From the NCBI RefSeq assembly GCF_003018235.1, contig NZ_CP027437.1: 64,000 nt of DNA; one strand, written 5' to 3'. Of this stretch, positions 1-11,376 are shown piece by piece (positions within the stretch are counted from its first letter, which is position 1; every line of letters starts with the position of its first letter). The position numbers and the translations under genes are program-made. The notes beneath the pieces are model-generated. The model saw only the letters and a program-made list of their open reading frames with translations. It was not told the origin of the DNA and made no database searches. The stretch is from Escherichia coli (GTDB taxonomy: Bacteria > Pseudomonadota > Gammaproteobacteria > Enterobacterales > Enterobacteriaceae).

Positions 1-306
1 TTATCCATCGGTGAGCAAATCACCATGCTGTTGATCCTGATGTTGACCTCGAAAGGAATGGCTGGCGTACCACGCGCCTCAATGGTGGTTATCGCCGCCA
101 CGCTCAACCAGTTCAATATTCCGGAAGCGGGGCTGATCTTGCTGATGGGCGTTGATCCGTTCCTTGATATGGGGCGTTCCGCGACAAACGTCATGAGCAA
201 CGCAATGGGCGCTGCGATGGTGAGTCGGTGGGAAGGCGAACATTTCGGCGAGGGTTGTCGGGGTAAAGCATTAAAACCCAATGAATCGAACGTTGCTCTG
301 CCCTGA
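1..306 (+). CDS. DAACS-family (DctA/GltP-like) dicarboxylate/amino-acid:cation symporter, C-terminal fragment; 5' end lies outside the window
   Basis: Frame 1 is open from position 1 to a stop at 304-306. The C-terminal sequence (…GVPRASMVVIAATLNQFNIPEAGLILLMGVDPFLDMGRSATNVMSNAMGAAMVSRWE) resembles the conserved C-terminal region of GltP/DctA-type symporters as I recall them. Confidence 0.6.
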   Translation, partial: LSIGEQITMLLILMLTSKGMAGVPRASMVVIAATLNQFNIPEAGLILLMGVDPFLDMGRSATNVMSNAMGAAMVSRWEGEHFGEGCRGKALKPNESNVALP

Positions 307-413
307 GGGGGATCTTAAGCAATCAGAAGCCAATGACTACGCATTTTTATAAGCCGGATCATGAAGTTAGACGGCAATTAAGTAACACTAACGTTTAAGG
401 TGAAAAGTGAAAT

Positions 414-1610
414 ATGTCCAAACCATTTATCTGGCAAGAACCGTTTCTACAAAATAAAGACGGTACAGAATATACATTAATTAGCGATCAACATATTACA
501 GTAACGGAATTAGACGGCGAAGAAGTGATAAAAATCGCTCCTGAAGCATTAACGCTGCTTGCCCGGCAGGCATTTTATGAAGCCTCTTTTTTCTTACGTT
601 CCGCTCATTTGCAACAGGTCGCCAGCATTCTTAACGATCCGCAGGCCAGTAGTAATGATAAATACGTTGCGTTGCAGTTATTACGTAATGCTGAAGTCTC
701 AGCAAAAGGGGTATTACCCAACTGTCAGGATACCGGCACCGCAACTATTGTTGCCAGTAAAGGGCAACAGATATGGACGGGAGGTAACGACGCTGAAGCC
801 TTAAGCAAAGGCATTTACAGTACTTTCCAGGAAAATAATCTGCGCTTTTCACAAAATGCGCCGCTGGATATGTATACCGAAGTCAATACGCAAACCAATC
901 TCCCGGCGCAGATTGATATCAGCGCTGTCGCTGGTAATGAGTACCATTTTCTCTGTGTTAATAAAGGGGGCGGCTCCGCCAATAAAGCCGCACTTTATCA
1001 GGAAACCAAATCCTTATTGCAACCAGAAAAACTGACCGCATTTTTAATCGAAAAAATGAAATCGCTGGGCACCGCTGCCTGCCCGCCTTACCACATCGCC
1101 TTTGTCGTCGGAGGGCTTTCAGCCGATCAAACCTTAAAAGTTGCCAAGCTGGCCTCTACGAAATATTACGACAATTTGCCCACCAGCGGAAACGAGCAGG
1201 GACAAGCATTCCGTGATATTGAGCTGGAAAAAGTGTTGCTCGAGGTCAGTCAGCAATTTGGTATTGGTGCGCAATTTGGGGGTAAATATTTCGCTCATGA
1301 TATTCGCGTCATTCGTCTGCCGCGTCACGGTGGCTCTTGCCCGATAGCTATGGCGCTCTCCTGTTCTGCCGATCGCAATATCAAAGCAAAAATTAACAAG
1401 CACGGTATCTGGCTGGAAAAACTCGAACACAATCCGGGGCAATATATTCCAGCCTCACTGCGGGAAGAAAATCACGCGCAACATGTACAACTGGATCTAA
1501 ACCGTCCGTTGCGTGACGTGATGCAGGATCTCGCCAGATTACCGGTAGGCACCCGCGTGTCGTTAAGTGGTCCCATCGTAGTGGCACGCGATATCGCCAC
1601 GCCAAAATAA
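414..1610 (+). CDS. Class I (Fe-S) fumarate hydratase / L(+)-tartrate dehydratase family protein, N-terminal 398 aa; reading frame interrupted relative to full-length FumA-type enzymes
   Basis: 398-aa ORF whose sequence aligns, from memory, with FumA/TtdA. The C-terminal domain continues in the -1 frame (next feature). Confidence 0.75.
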   Translation: MSKPFIWQEPFLQNKDGTEYTLISDQHITVTELDGEEVIKIAPEALTLLARQAFYEASFFLRSAHLQQVASILNDPQASSNDKYVALQLLRNAEVSAKGVLPNCQDTGTATIVASKGQQIWTGGNDAEALSKGIYSTFQENNLRFSQNAPLDMYTEVNTQTNLPAQIDISAVAGNEYHFLCVNKGGGSANKAALYQETKSLLQPEKLTAFLIEKMKSLGTAACPPYHIAFVVGGLSADQTLKVAKLASTKYYDNLPTSGNEQGQAFRDIELEKVLLEVSQQFGIGAQFGGKYFAHDIRVIRLPRHGGSCPIAMALSCSADRNIKAKINKHGIWLEKLEHNPGQYIPASLREENHAQHVQLDLNRPLRDVMQDLARLPVGTRVSLSGPIVVARDIATPK

Positions 1611-1636
1611 AAGCGCGGCTGGATAACGCCGAACCG

Positions 1637-2065
1637 ATGCCGGATTACCTGAAGCATCATATTGTCTATTACGCTGGCTCGGCGAAAACACCGGAGAACA
1701 TGGCCTGCGGTTCACTGGGTCCAACCACGGGCGGTCGAATGGACGGTTATGTCGATACCTTCCAGGCGGCTGGCGGCAGTCTGGTGATGTTATCGAAAGG
1801 TAACCGCAGCCAGCAGGTCACCGATGCCTGTCACAAACATGGTGGCTTCAATCTGGGTAGTATTGGCGGTGCAGCTGCGTTACTGGCGCAAGAATATGTC
1901 AAAAGTCTGCGTTGCCTGGAATACCCGGAGCTGGGTATGGAAGCGGTGTGGATGATGGAAGTGGAAAATCTGCCCGCATTCATCCTGGTAGATGATAAAG
2001 GCAATAATTTCTTTAGTCAGTTTGAGCAGCAACACCGCTGCGCCAGTTGCCCTGCGGGACATTAA
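1637..2065 (+). CDS. Class I fumarate hydratase family, C-terminal (beta-type) domain fragment; probable continuation of the 414-1610 ORF after a frameshift
   Basis: 142-aa ORF ([12 protein letters not shown]…[12 protein letters not shown]…[12 protein letters not shown]) matching my recollection of the FumA C-terminal domain. The same frame read upstream (…[21 protein letters not shown]) matches the FumA linker. Confidence 0.7.
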   Translation: MPDYLKHHIVYYAGSAKTPENMACGSLGPTTGGRMDGYVDTFQAAGGSLVMLSKGNRSQQVTDACHKHGGFNLGSIGGAAALLAQEYVKSLRCLEYPELGMEAVWMMEVENLPAFILVDDKGNNFFSQFEQQHRCASCPAGH

Positions 2066-2074
2066 GGAAAATGA

Positions 2075-2677
2075 ATGGAAGCGCGAATTTCAACTGAACG
2101 GCATGTGCAGCGCCAGCAGAAATTGAAGGAACAGGTCGATACGCGCATCGCGGCGGCGATAGAGAAAAAAGGGATTTTGATTGTTTTCACCGGCAATGGC
2201 AAAGGGAAATCCACTGCCGCGTTTGGTACTGTGACGCGCGCGGTGGGTCATGGCAAAACGGTGGGGGTTGCGCAGTACATCAAGGGGCAATGGGACAACG
2301 GCGAATACAACCTTCTCCAGCCGCTGGGGGTTGAGTTTCATATTATGGGAACCGGTTTTACCTGGGAGACACAGAACCGGCAAGCGGATATCGACGCGGC
2401 GAAAGAGGTCTGGTCGGAAAGCAAACGGATGCTGGCTGACAAGCGTTACGACTTAGTGGTGCTTGATGAGCTGACCTATATGCTGGCTTACCATTATCTG
2501 GATACCGAAGAAGTGATCGCTTCTCTGCAAAACCGCCCGGCACAACAAAGTGTCATTGTCACCGGACGCGGTTGCCACAGTCAGATATTAAAAATGGCGG
2601 ATACGGTCAGCGAAATCCGCCCCGTCAAACATGCTTTTGATAACGGCATTCAGGCCCAGCCGGGTATCGACTGGTAA
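2075..2677 (+). CDS. Cob(I)yrinic acid a,c-diamide / cob(I)alamin adenosyltransferase family protein (CobA/CobO/BtuR-like P-loop ATPase), a paralog rather than btuR itself
   Basis: 200-aa ORF with a P-loop (IVFTGNGKGKSTAAFG) and overall similarity to BtuR as recalled (…VLDELTYM…VIVTGRG…VSEIRPVKHAF). RBS AAGGA lies 6 nt upstream and the start is 10 nt past the fumarase stop, so the genes look co-transcribed. Confidence 0.75.
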   Translation: MEARISTERHVQRQQKLKEQVDTRIAAAIEKKGILIVFTGNGKGKSTAAFGTVTRAVGHGKTVGVAQYIKGQWDNGEYNLLQPLGVEFHIMGTGFTWETQNRQADIDAAKEVWSESKRMLADKRYDLVVLDELTYMLAYHYLDTEEVIASLQNRPAQQSVIVTGRGCHSQILKMADTVSEIRPVKHAFDNGIQAQPGIDW

Positions 2678-2680
2678 TAA

Positions 2681-2713
2681 CTGCGCCTGGCATCCCGCCA
2701 GGCGCAGGTTTTA
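2681..2713. terminator. Probable bidirectional intrinsic terminator between the convergent CobA-like and LysR genes
   Basis: Perfect 11-bp inverted repeat ctgcgcctggc / gccaggcgcag with a 5-nt loop (2681-2707), followed by gtttta. Confidence 0.5.
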
Positions 2714-3616
2714 CATCTCCTGCGGTACAACCGATTTCGCCAGCAACCATTCACGAAATTGCTGCAAGTGCGGTGAGTCAGACTTCTCTTCCTGCCACGT
2801 CATAATAAAACGATTACCGGTACGAATAGGCACATCACAGGGGATCACCATATCGCCACTATCCAAATCATGTTGAATAGCGAAACGTGGTAACAGCGCC
2901 ACGCCGAGATTAGAGCGCACGGCGGCAATCAGCATTGAAAGCAAATCGAAACGTGGTCCGTTGTTGACCAGCGGACTGCTAACGCCAGATAAGGCAAACC
3001 ACTCTTCCCAGCCAGTAATACGGGTACTTTGATGCAGAAGTGGTAACTCTGTAAGCAGTTCTGCCACTGACAGTTTTTGATCGGACATTGCAAGCAAACT
3101 GCCGCTGCATACCGGCAAAATCTCCTCATCAAAGAGATATTCTACTTCCGCCCAGGGCGCGCAAAAATTTTCGCGCATAATGACAGCATCGTACTCCCGA
3201 TTAAGAAAATCGCCGTTATTAGCTAAAGAGTGAATATTAACAATAATATCGGGATGTAACTTTGTGAATTCATGTAAATTTGGGATTAACCAGTGGGTAC
3301 TAAACGTAGGATTCACGGCAAGTTCAATAACCTGAACCGTAGGCTGCCAGGTCATAATGGTATTGGTATCGCGTTCCAGCTTATTTAATGTTTCTTTTAC
3401 TATCCCCAGGTAATACTTCCCTGCATCATTAAGAAAAATACGTTTTTTAGAGTGTGAAAATAACGGAGTATGTAAAAATTCCTCCAGCGCACTCACTTGT
3501 CTGAATACTGCACTTTGGGTCAACGCTAACTCCTCTGCCGCTTTGGTATAACTTTCATGACGTGCGACGACCTCAAAAGTCACCAGCAGCTCCGTTTTAG
3601 GTATTTTTCCTCGCAT
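2711..3616 (-). CDS. LysR-family transcriptional regulator
   Basis: 301-aa ORF with an N-terminal HTH (…YTKAAEELALTQSAVFRQVSALEEFL…) and LysR-type substrate-binding domain architecture. AT-rich upstream region at 3617-3900. Confidence 0.8.
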   Translation of the reverse strand: MRGKIPKTELLVTFEVVARHESYTKAAEELALTQSAVFRQVSALEEFLHTPLFSHSKKRIFLNDAGKYYLGIVKETLNKLERDTNTIMTWQPTVQVIELAVNPTFSTHWLIPNLHEFTKLHPDIIVNIHSLANNGDFLNREYDAVIMRENFCAPWAEVEYLFDEEILPVCSGSLLAMSDQKLSVAELLTELPLLHQSTRITGWEEWFALSGVSSPLVNNGPRFDLLSMLIAAVRSNLGVALLPRFAIQHDLDSGDMVIPCDVPIRTGNRFIMTWQEEKSDSPHLQQFREWLLAKSVVPQEM

Positions 3617-4180
3617 AATGCCGTCCCTTAAAAATAGTTTAAACCATCAAAAATACATTACTTATTACGAAGTAATGGTAACCAAAGCAGCAATAAATAA
3701 TTTATAAGAATCATGATTGACATTTATAACCCAGTAAGCCTGGCGTGACAAATATCTTAATCAGATAATAATAATCCGAAAAGCACAGCGCCTTTCGAAT
3801 TATCCGGAATCACATTAAGTGAAAATTATTAAATTGATATCATTTATCATATCTGTGGATATTATGATAAACAATCAACAAAGATTTTATTTTTGATTTA
3901 TAGCATATCCCTCTAAGAATTTTTGCGATGCTGCAATATCCGGGGTAAAGACCCGATCCTGGCTGACAAATGGCACGACTTGACGATAAGCGGTGAACAT
4001 CGCTTTTGTTGATTTACTTAACGCTACGGTCAAACGCTGGGAAGCCAGTGCATCAGGTAACGATTCGAAATTCGCCGTCGTTCTTATTCGTGGCTTGCGG
4101 TCGGTTGCGGCAATCCACAGTGGCTGTGGTCATGCAGTCAAGCCAGCGGTCAGATTTCGACCGTGGTTAACATTTAAGGC

Positions 4181-4205
4181 ATAAAAAAGGCCATCATACG
4201 ATGGC
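4181..4205 (-). terminator. Rho-independent terminator of the suc operon (and 3' end of sdhX)
   Basis: On the minus strand: hairpin GGCCATCGTATGATGGCC followed by TTTTTT. Confidence 0.7.
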
Positions 4206-4281
4206 CAACCATGTCGAAACCGACAGCCCTTCGCCATTCCTGTAGAGGGAAGCGGCGAGGGCTATTTCTTATTACAGATAT
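4182..4281 (-). ncRNA. sdhX: SdhX (RybD) sRNA derived from the sucD 3' UTR
   Basis: A ~100-nt segment between the sucD stop and the intrinsic terminator, at the position where sdhX is described in E. coli K-12. Assigned by position and terminator only; I cannot verify the seed sequence from memory. Confidence 0.5.
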
Positions 4282-5151
4282 TTATTTCAGAACAGTTTTC
4301 AGTGCTTCACCGATATCCGCCAGGCTGCGAACGGTTTTCACGCCTGCGGCTTCCAGAGCAGCGAATTTCTCATCCGCAGTCCCTTTACCACCGGCAATGA
4401 TGGCACCCGCGTGGCCCATACGTTTGCCTTTCGGCGCAGTCACACCAGCGATGTAACCCACAACAGGCTTGGTAACGTGCTCTTTGATGTACGCAGCCGC
4501 TTCTTCTTCAGCGCTACCGCCGATCTCACCGATCATCACGATCGCTTCGGTCTGCGGATCTTTTTCGAACATTTCGAGGATGTCGATAAAGTTAGAGCCA
4601 GGGATCGGGTCGCCGCCGATACCGACACAGGTCGACTGACCGAAACCGTAATCCGTGGTCTGTTTAACCGCTTCATAGGTCAGTGTACCGGAACGGGAAA
4701 CGATACCCACTTTACCCGGTTTGTGAATGTGACCAGGCTGGATACCGATTTTGCATTCACCCGGAGTGATAACGCCTGGGCAGTTCGGGCCGATCATACG
4801 AACGCCAGCTTCGTCCAGTTTCACTTTCACAGTCAGCATATCCAGCGTCGGGATGCCTTCAGTGATGGTGATAATCAGTTTGATGCCTGCATCAATAGCT
4901 TCCAGAATGGAGTCTTTGCAGAACGGTGCTGGTACGTAGATAACAGAAGCGGTAGCGCCAGTAGCAGCAACAGCTTCACGCACGGTGTTGAACACCGGCA
5001 GGCCGAGGTGGGTGGTGCCGCCTTTACCTGGGGTTACGCCGCCAACCATTTTAGTGCCGTATGCAATGGCCTGTTCTGAGTGGAAAGTCCCCTGGCTACC
5101 GGTAAAGCCCTGGCAGATAACCTTGGTGTTTTTATCAATTAAAATGGACAT
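4282..5151 (-). CDS. sucD: Succinyl-CoA synthetase alpha subunit
   Basis: 289-aa ORF, recognised from memory as SucD ([24 protein letters not shown]…). Confidence 0.97.
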
Positions 5152-6317
5152 TATTTCCCCTCCACTGCGGCAACAACCTGCTGAGCTGCATCCGTCAGAC
5201 CTTTTGCTGCAATAATATTCAGGCCGCTGTCAGCCAGTTTCTTCGCGCCGAGTTCGGCGTTGTTACCTTCCAGACGTACCACGACCGGTACGTTAACACC
5301 CACTTCCGCTACCGCGCCGATGATACCGTCAGCGATCAGGTCGCAACGAACGATACCGCCGAAGATGTTAACCAGAACGGCTTTCACTTTGTCGTCAGAG
5401 AGGATGATTTTGAACGCTTCGGTTACACGTTCTTTGGTTGCGCCGCCGCCAACGTCAAGGAAGTTAGCTGGTTCGCCGCCGTGCAGTTTAACGATGTCCA
5501 TCGTACCCATCGCCAGACCTGCGCCGTTAACCATACAACCGATGTTACCGTCCAGCGCAACGTAGTTCAGTTCCCACTGTGCAGCCTGTGCTTCACGTGG
5601 ATCTTCCTGCGACTGGTCACGCATTTCGCGCAGATCAGGCTGGCGGAACAGTGCGTTGCCATCAGCGCCCAGTTTGCCGTCGAGGCAAATCAGATCGCCC
5701 TGTTTGGTGATGACCAGCGGGTTGATTTCGATCAGCGCCAGGTCGCGCTCCAGGAAAATGGTCGCCAGGCCCATGAAGATTTTGGTGAACTGCTGAACCA
5801 GTTTACCTTCCAGACCCAGTTTGAACGCCAGCTCGCGTCCCTGATACGGCATCGGGCCAGTCAGCGGATCAAGCGCAACTTTGTGGATCAGGTGCGGAGT
5901 TTCTTCCGCCACTTTTTCGATTTCCACGCCGCCTTCGGTGGAGGCCATAAAGACCACACGACGGGAACTACGGTCAACAACGGCACCGAGATACAGCTCT
6001 TTAGCGATATCGGTCGCTGCTTCAACCAGAATCTGGTTAACCGGTTGGCCATTGGCATCTGTTTGATACGTTACCAGACGCTTGCCCAGCCAGTTTTCTG
6101 CAAAAGCACGGATGTCTTCTTTGCTGTTTACAACTTTCACACCGCCCGCTTTACCGCGGCCACCAGCGTGAACCTGACATTTCACTACCCACGGACCGGC
6201 ACCGATTTTTGAAGCGGCTTCTTCTGCTTCGCGCGGAGTAGTACAGGCATAACCCACCGGTGCTGGTAAGCCATAGCGGGCAAAAAGTTGTTTTGCCTGA
6301 TATTCATGTAAGTTCAT
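5151..6317 (-). CDS. sucC: Succinyl-CoA synthetase beta subunit
   Basis: 388-aa ORF ([18 protein letters not shown]…); ATGA overlap with sucD. Confidence 0.97.
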
Positions 6318-6410
6318 GTGTTCTGTCCATCCTTCAGTAATCGTTATCTTTTAAACCGTAGACCGACACCCTATCCACGTCGGTCTACAGTGCAGGTGAA
6401 GCTTAAACTA

Positions 6411-7628
6411 CTACACGTCCAGCAGCAGACGCGTCGGATCTTCCAGCAACTCTTTGATCGTTACCAGGAAGCCCACGGATTCGCGACCATCGATCAGACG
6501 GTGATCGTAGGACAGCGCCAGGTACATCATCGGCAGGATCTCAACCTGACCATTCACCGCCATCGGACGATCTTTGATAGCGTGCATACCCAGAATTGCG
6601 CTCTGCGGCGGGTTGATGATCGGCGTAGACATCAGGGAACCGAACACACCACCGTTGGTGATGGTGAAGTTACCACCGGTCAGATCTTCAACCGTCAGCT
6701 TGCCGTCACGGCCTTTAACTGCCAGCTCTTTGATTTTCTTCTCGATGTCTGCCATGCCTAGGGTATCGACATCACGCAGTACCGGCGTCACCAGGCCGCG
6801 CGGCGTAGAAACCGCCATGCTGACGTCGAAATAGTTGTGGTAAACCACATCATCGCCGTCGATAGACGCGTTCACTTCCGGGTAACGTTTCAGGGCTTCA
6901 ACCACCGCTTTCACGTAGAAGGACATAAAGCCCAGACGAATACCGTGACGTTTTTCAAACGCTTCACCGTACTGCTTACGCAGATCCATAATCGGCTTCA
7001 TGTTGACTTCGTTGAACGTGGTCAGCATAGCGGTGGAGTTTTTCGCTTCCAGCAGACGCTCTGCCACACGCTTACGCAGGCGAGTCATCGGCACACGTTT
7101 TTCGCTACGTGCAGCCAGAGCCGGTTGCGCCGCCGGAGCAGCCGCTGCCGGAGCAGACTCTTTCGCCGGGGCTTTCGCCAGATGTTTTTCCACATCTTCA
7201 CGAGTCAGACGACCACCCACACCGGTGCCTTTAATGGCGCTGGCGTCGAGGTTGTGTTCAGCCAGCAGGCGACGGATCGCCGGGCTTAACGCATCGTTGT
7301 TTTGCTCTTCCAGAGACGCCTGCTGGCGTTGCGCCGGAGTGGACGCTTTCTCTTCAGATTTGGCGCTGGTTTCTTTACCGGCGCTGTTGCCTTCACGCAG
7401 GCGACCAAGGATCTGACGAGACGTTACCGTTGTACCTTCATCTTCCAGAACCGCATCCAGAATGCCGTCTGCTGATGCCGGTACTTCCAGTACCACTTTG
7501 TCAGTTTCGATTTCTACCAGCACTTCATCACGTACGACTGCGTCGCCGGGTTTTTTATGCCAGGTTGCGACGGTGGCATCGGCTACGGATTCAGGCAGGT
7601 CAGGGACCAGAATATCTACGCTACTCAT
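6411..7628 (-). CDS. sucB: 2-oxoglutarate dehydrogenase E2 (dihydrolipoyl succinyltransferase)
   Basis: 405-aa ORF with a lipoyl domain (…[12 protein letters not shown]…) and a catalytic domain ending …DPTRLLLDV. Confidence 0.97.
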
Positions 7629-7642
7629 TGTGTATCCTTTAT

Positions 7643-10444
7643 TTATTCGACGTTCAGCGCGTCATTAACCAGATCTTGTTGCTGTTTCTGGTGAACGGAC
7701 ATATACCCTACCGCCGGAGAGGCGGAGGCCGGGCGGCCTGCATAACGCAGAGAAGCCCCAAACGGAATCACTTCACGGAAATGATGCTGGCTGCAGTACC
7801 ATGCGCCCTGGTTGAGCGGCTCTTCCTGGCACCAGACAAAATCCTTGACGTGAGCAAACTGCTGCAACACTTCCTGCATCGCTTTATGCGGGAACGGGTA
7901 GAGTTGCTCGATACGCACAATGGCGACATCGTGTTGATTGTTCTTACGACGCTGTTCCAGCAGGTCGTAATAAACCTTACCAGAACACATCACTACACGC
8001 TTAACGCCCTTCGGATCAAGCTCGTCGATTTCACCGATGGCTGGCAGGAAGGTGCCGTTCGCCAGTTCTTCGAGGCTGGAAACCGCCAGCGGATGACGCA
8101 GCAGGGATTTCGGCGACATCACGACCAGCGGACGACGCATCCCGCGCAGCGCCTGACGACGCAGCATGTGGTAAACCTGTGCCGGGGTAGAAGGTACGCA
8201 AACCTGCATGTTTTGCTCAGCACAAAGTTGCAGATAACGTTCCAGACGCGCGGAGGAGTGCTCCGGCCCCTGCCCTTCGTAACCGTGCGGCAGCAACATC
8301 ACCAGACCACACATCCGGCCCCATTTCTGTTCGCCAGAGGAGATGAACTGGTCGATAACCACCTGAGCACCGTTAGCGAAGTCACCGAACTGCGCTTCCC
8401 AGATAGTCAGAGTGCGTGGTTCTGCGGTGGCATAACCATATTCAAACGCCAGCACTGCTTCTTCAGACAGTACGGAGTCCCAGACACGGAACGCGCCCTG
8501 GCCGTTATGGATGTGTTGCAGCGGCGTGTAAGTGGAACCGTTAGACTGGTTGTGGATCACCGCGTGGCGGTGGAAGAAGGTACCGCGACCGGAGTCTTCA
8601 CCCGACAGGCGAACCGGAATGCCTTCGTCAACCAGCGTGGCGTAAGCGAGGTTTTCCGCGCCGCCCCAGTCGAACAGTTTCTCACCAGCTGCCATCGCCT
8701 GGCGATCGCCATAAATCTTGGCAACGCGAGACTGCATTTCAACTGCTTCCGGCACCGTGCTGATGCGTTTAGCCAGTTCCTGCAGGCGCTTCATCTCAAC
8801 TTTGTTCGGGTACTCTTCGTCCCATTCGTGGTTGAGGTACGGCGACCAGGTGAAAGAGTGCATGTTCATCGGACGCCACTCTGCTACCACGCAATCGCCA
8901 GCATCCAGCGCATCGCGGTACAGGTTAACCATCTCGGTGGCATCTTCCAGCGTCGCGACTTTTTCCTGCTCCAGCTTGTCAGCGTAGATTTTGCGCGGCG
9001 TCGGATGTTTTTTGATTTTCTGATACATCAGCGGCTGGGTTGCGCTCGGCTCGTCGGCTTCGTTGTGGCCGTGACGGCGGTAGCATACCAGGTCGATAAA
9101 GACATCACGTTTAAAGGTGTTACGGAAATCGAGCGCCAGACGGGTCACAAAGGCAACGGCTTCCGGATCGTCCGCGTTAACGTGGAAAATCGGGGCCTGA
9201 ACCATCTTACCGATATCAGTACAGTACGGTGTAGAACGAGCATCCAGCGGATTAGAGGTGGTGAAGCCAACCTGGTTGTTGATAACGATACGTACCGTAC
9301 CGCCAACTTCATAACCACGCGCTTTCGACATGTTCAGGGTTTCCTGAACCACGCCCTGCCCGGTCACTGCGGCGTCACCGTGGATGGTAATTGGCAGCAC
9401 TTTGTTGCTGCTCGGCTCATCAAGTCTGTCCAGACGGGCACGAACAGAACCGATAACTACCGGGCTGACAATCTCAAGGTGAGACGGGTTAAACGCCAGC
9501 GCCAGGTGCACCAGGCCGCCATCGGTCTGGAAGTCAGACGAGAAGCCCATGTGGTATTTCACGTCGCCTGTGCCAAGGTGTTCTTTATGTTTACCGGCGA
9601 ACTCGTCGAACAAGTCTTGCGGTTTTTTACCCAGCACGTTCACCAACACGTTCAGACGACCACGGTGCGCCATTCCGAGAACCACTTCGCGGGTGCCGCT
9701 GTTGCCAGCGTGGCGGATCATCTCTTTAAGCATCGGGATTAACGCGTCACCGCCTTCCAGCGAGAAGCGTTTTGCGCCAGGGAATTTTGCGCCGAGGTAA
9801 CGTTCAAGGCCTTCAGCGGCGGTCAGTTCGCTTAAGAAGCGTTTTTTCTCTTCGCTATTGAAAGTCGCGCGACCAGACTCGATACGCTGTTGGATCCAGC
9901 GTTTTTCTTCAGTGCTGGTAATGTGCATATACTCGGCACCAATCGGGCCGCAGTAGGTTTGCTTGAGGGCTTCCAGCAGCTCGCCGAGTTTCATGGTTTC
10001 TTTGCCGCTGGCAAATGAACCGACGTTGAAGGTCTCCTGGAAGTCTGCTTCGGTCAGATCGTGGAAAGACGGATCCAGATCGGCCACTTTATCTTGCTGC
10101 CACAGTCCCAGCGGATCGAGATTCGCATGCTGGTGACCACGGAAGCGGTATGCGTTAATGAGCTGCAGGACTTTAACCTGCTTCACATTGGTGTCAGGGT
10201 CGGAGATCGTTGAAGAGTAACGTGAAGCGTCTTTCGCCAGGCGGCGGAAATATTCACGCGTTTGAGAGTGGAATTGATCCGGTTTGACTCCCGTACCAGG
10301 TAACTGCTGGAACGTCGAACGCCAGTTAGCGTCAACCGAGTCAGGATCGGTTAAGAAGTCTTCATAGAGCTGTTCTATCCAGCTCTGGTTTGCGCCAGAG
10401 AGGTAAGAAGAGTCCAACCAGGCTTTCAAAGCGCTGTTCTGCAT
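7643..10444 (-). CDS. sucA: 2-oxoglutarate dehydrogenase E1 component
   Basis: 933-aa ORF ([30 protein letters not shown]…). Confidence 0.97.
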   Translation of the reverse strand: MQNSALKAWLDSSYLSGANQSWIEQLYEDFLTDPDSVDANWRSTFQQLPGTGVKPDQFHSQTREYFRRLAKDASRYSSTISDPDTNVKQVKVLQLINAYRFRGHQHANLDPLGLWQQDKVADLDPSFHDLTEADFQETFNVGSFASGKETMKLGELLEALKQTYCGPIGAEYMHITSTEEKRWIQQRIESGRATFNSEEKKRFLSELTAAEGLERYLGAKFPGAKRFSLEGGDALIPMLKEMIRHAGNSGTREVVLGMAHRGRLNVLVNVLGKKPQDLFDEFAGKHKEHLGTGDVKYHMGFSSDFQTDGGLVHLALAFNPSHLEIVSPVVIGSVRARLDRLDEPSSNKVLPITIHGDAAVTGQGVVQETLNMSKARGYEVGGTVRIVINNQVGFTTSNPLDARSTPYCTDIGKMVQAPIFHVNADDPEAVAFVTRLALDFRNTFKRDVFIDLVCYRRHGHNEADEPSATQPLMYQKIKKHPTPRKIYADKLEQEKVATLEDATEMVNLYRDALDAGDCVVAEWRPMNMHSFTWSPYLNHEWDEEYPNKVEMKRLQELAKRISTVPEAVEMQSRVAKIYGDRQAMAAGEKLFDWGGAENLAYATLVDEGIPVRLSGEDSGRGTFFHRHAVIHNQSNGSTYTPLQHIHNGQGAFRVWDSVLSEEAVLAFEYGYATAEPRTLTIWEAQFGDFANGAQVVIDQFISSGEQKWGRMCGLVMLLPHGYEGQGPEHSSARLERYLQLCAEQNMQVCVPSTPAQVYHMLRRQALRGMRRPLVVMSPKSLLRHPLAVSSLEELANGTFLPAIGEIDELDPKGVKRVVMCSGKVYYDLLEQRRKNNQHDVAIVRIEQLYPFPHKAMQEVLQQFAHVKDFVWCQEEPLNQGAWYCSQHHFREVIPFGASLRYAGRPASASPAVGYMSVHQKQQQDLVNDALNVE

Positions 10445-10644
10445 CGTGATCCCTTAAGCATCTTTTTTATGCTTACTTCGCCGTGGATACTACCACGCAC
10501 AGTGATGTGCGTGCCGGGGTTCACTTGCGAGCTCTTGTCTACGTAGTGGCTCGCGAAGGAACCTTTAAAAACTGTCTTAGTGTCAGGGGCAGTTTTTAAA
10601 GATTTCCTGAATAGCCGGGGGATTTCCCCGGCATCAACATTTAA

Positions 10645-11361
10645 TTACGCATTACGTTGCAACAACATCGACTTGATATGGCCGATGGCGCGCGTCGGGT
10701 TCAGTCCCTTCGGACATACACTGACGCAGTTCATGATGCTGTGACAGCGGAATACGCTGAATGCATCGCTCAAACCGTCGAGGCGGCTGTCAGTCTCGGT
10801 ATCACGGCTATCGATCAGGAAACGATATGCCGCTAACAAGCCTGCCGGGCCGATAAACTTATCGGGATTCCACCAGAAAGACGGACAAGAGGTTGAACAA
10901 CATGCGCAGAGAATACATTCATACAGCCCGTCGAGTTTTTCGCGCTGCTCTGGCATCTGTAAATGCTCGCGAGCTGGCGGATTTTGTCCATTATTCAACA
11001 GGTAAGGCTTAATTTTCTCATATTGCGCATAGAATTGTCCCATGTCTACCACCAAATCGCGGATCACCGGTAAACCTGGCAGCGGGCGAATCACAATCTT
11101 CTTGCCCGGCTGGTTGAGTGCCGAAATCGGGGTAATACAGGCCAGACCATTCTTGCCGTTCATGTTCAGACCGTCGGAACCGCACACACCTTCACGGCAG
11201 GAGCGACGGAACGACAGGCTGGGATCTTTCTCTTTCAGCTGGATAAGCGCATCCAGCAGCATCATGTCACGACCTTCTTCCGCTTCCAGGGTGTAATCCT
11301 GCATACGCGGAGCATCATCAACATCCGGGTTATAGCGATAAATTGAAAACTCGAGTCTCAT
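10645..11361 (-). CDS. sdhB: Succinate dehydrogenase iron-sulfur subunit
   Basis: 238-aa ORF with Cys clusters typical of SdhB. Confidence 0.97.
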   Translation of the reverse strand: MRLEFSIYRYNPDVDDAPRMQDYTLEAEEGRDMMLLDALIQLKEKDPSLSFRRSCREGVCGSDGLNMNGKNGLACITPISALNQPGKKIVIRPLPGLPVIRDLVVDMGQFYAQYEKIKPYLLNNGQNPPAREHLQMPEQREKLDGLYECILCACCSTSCPSFWWNPDKFIGPAGLLAAYRFLIDSRDTETDSRLDGLSDAFSVFRCHSIMNCVSVCPKGLNPTRAIGHIKSMLLQRNA

Positions 11362-11376
11362 TTTCCTGTCTCCGCA

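Noticed and set aside
3993-4184. 63-aa ORF (GTG start) in the LysR-sucD intergenic region
   Set aside because: No RBS and no recognisable similarity, and it runs into the sucD terminator. It could be a remnant of a displaced gene, but I cannot support that from sequence alone.
4411-5079. 222-aa plus-strand ORF and neighbouring short ORFs
   Set aside because: Antisense to sucD/sucC; no support.
7430-9742. 770-aa plus-strand ORF
   Set aside because: It lies entirely antisense to sucA and has a low-complexity Arg/His/Val-rich translation. This is an artefact of GC-rich codon usage on the opposite strand; sucA is clearly the real gene.
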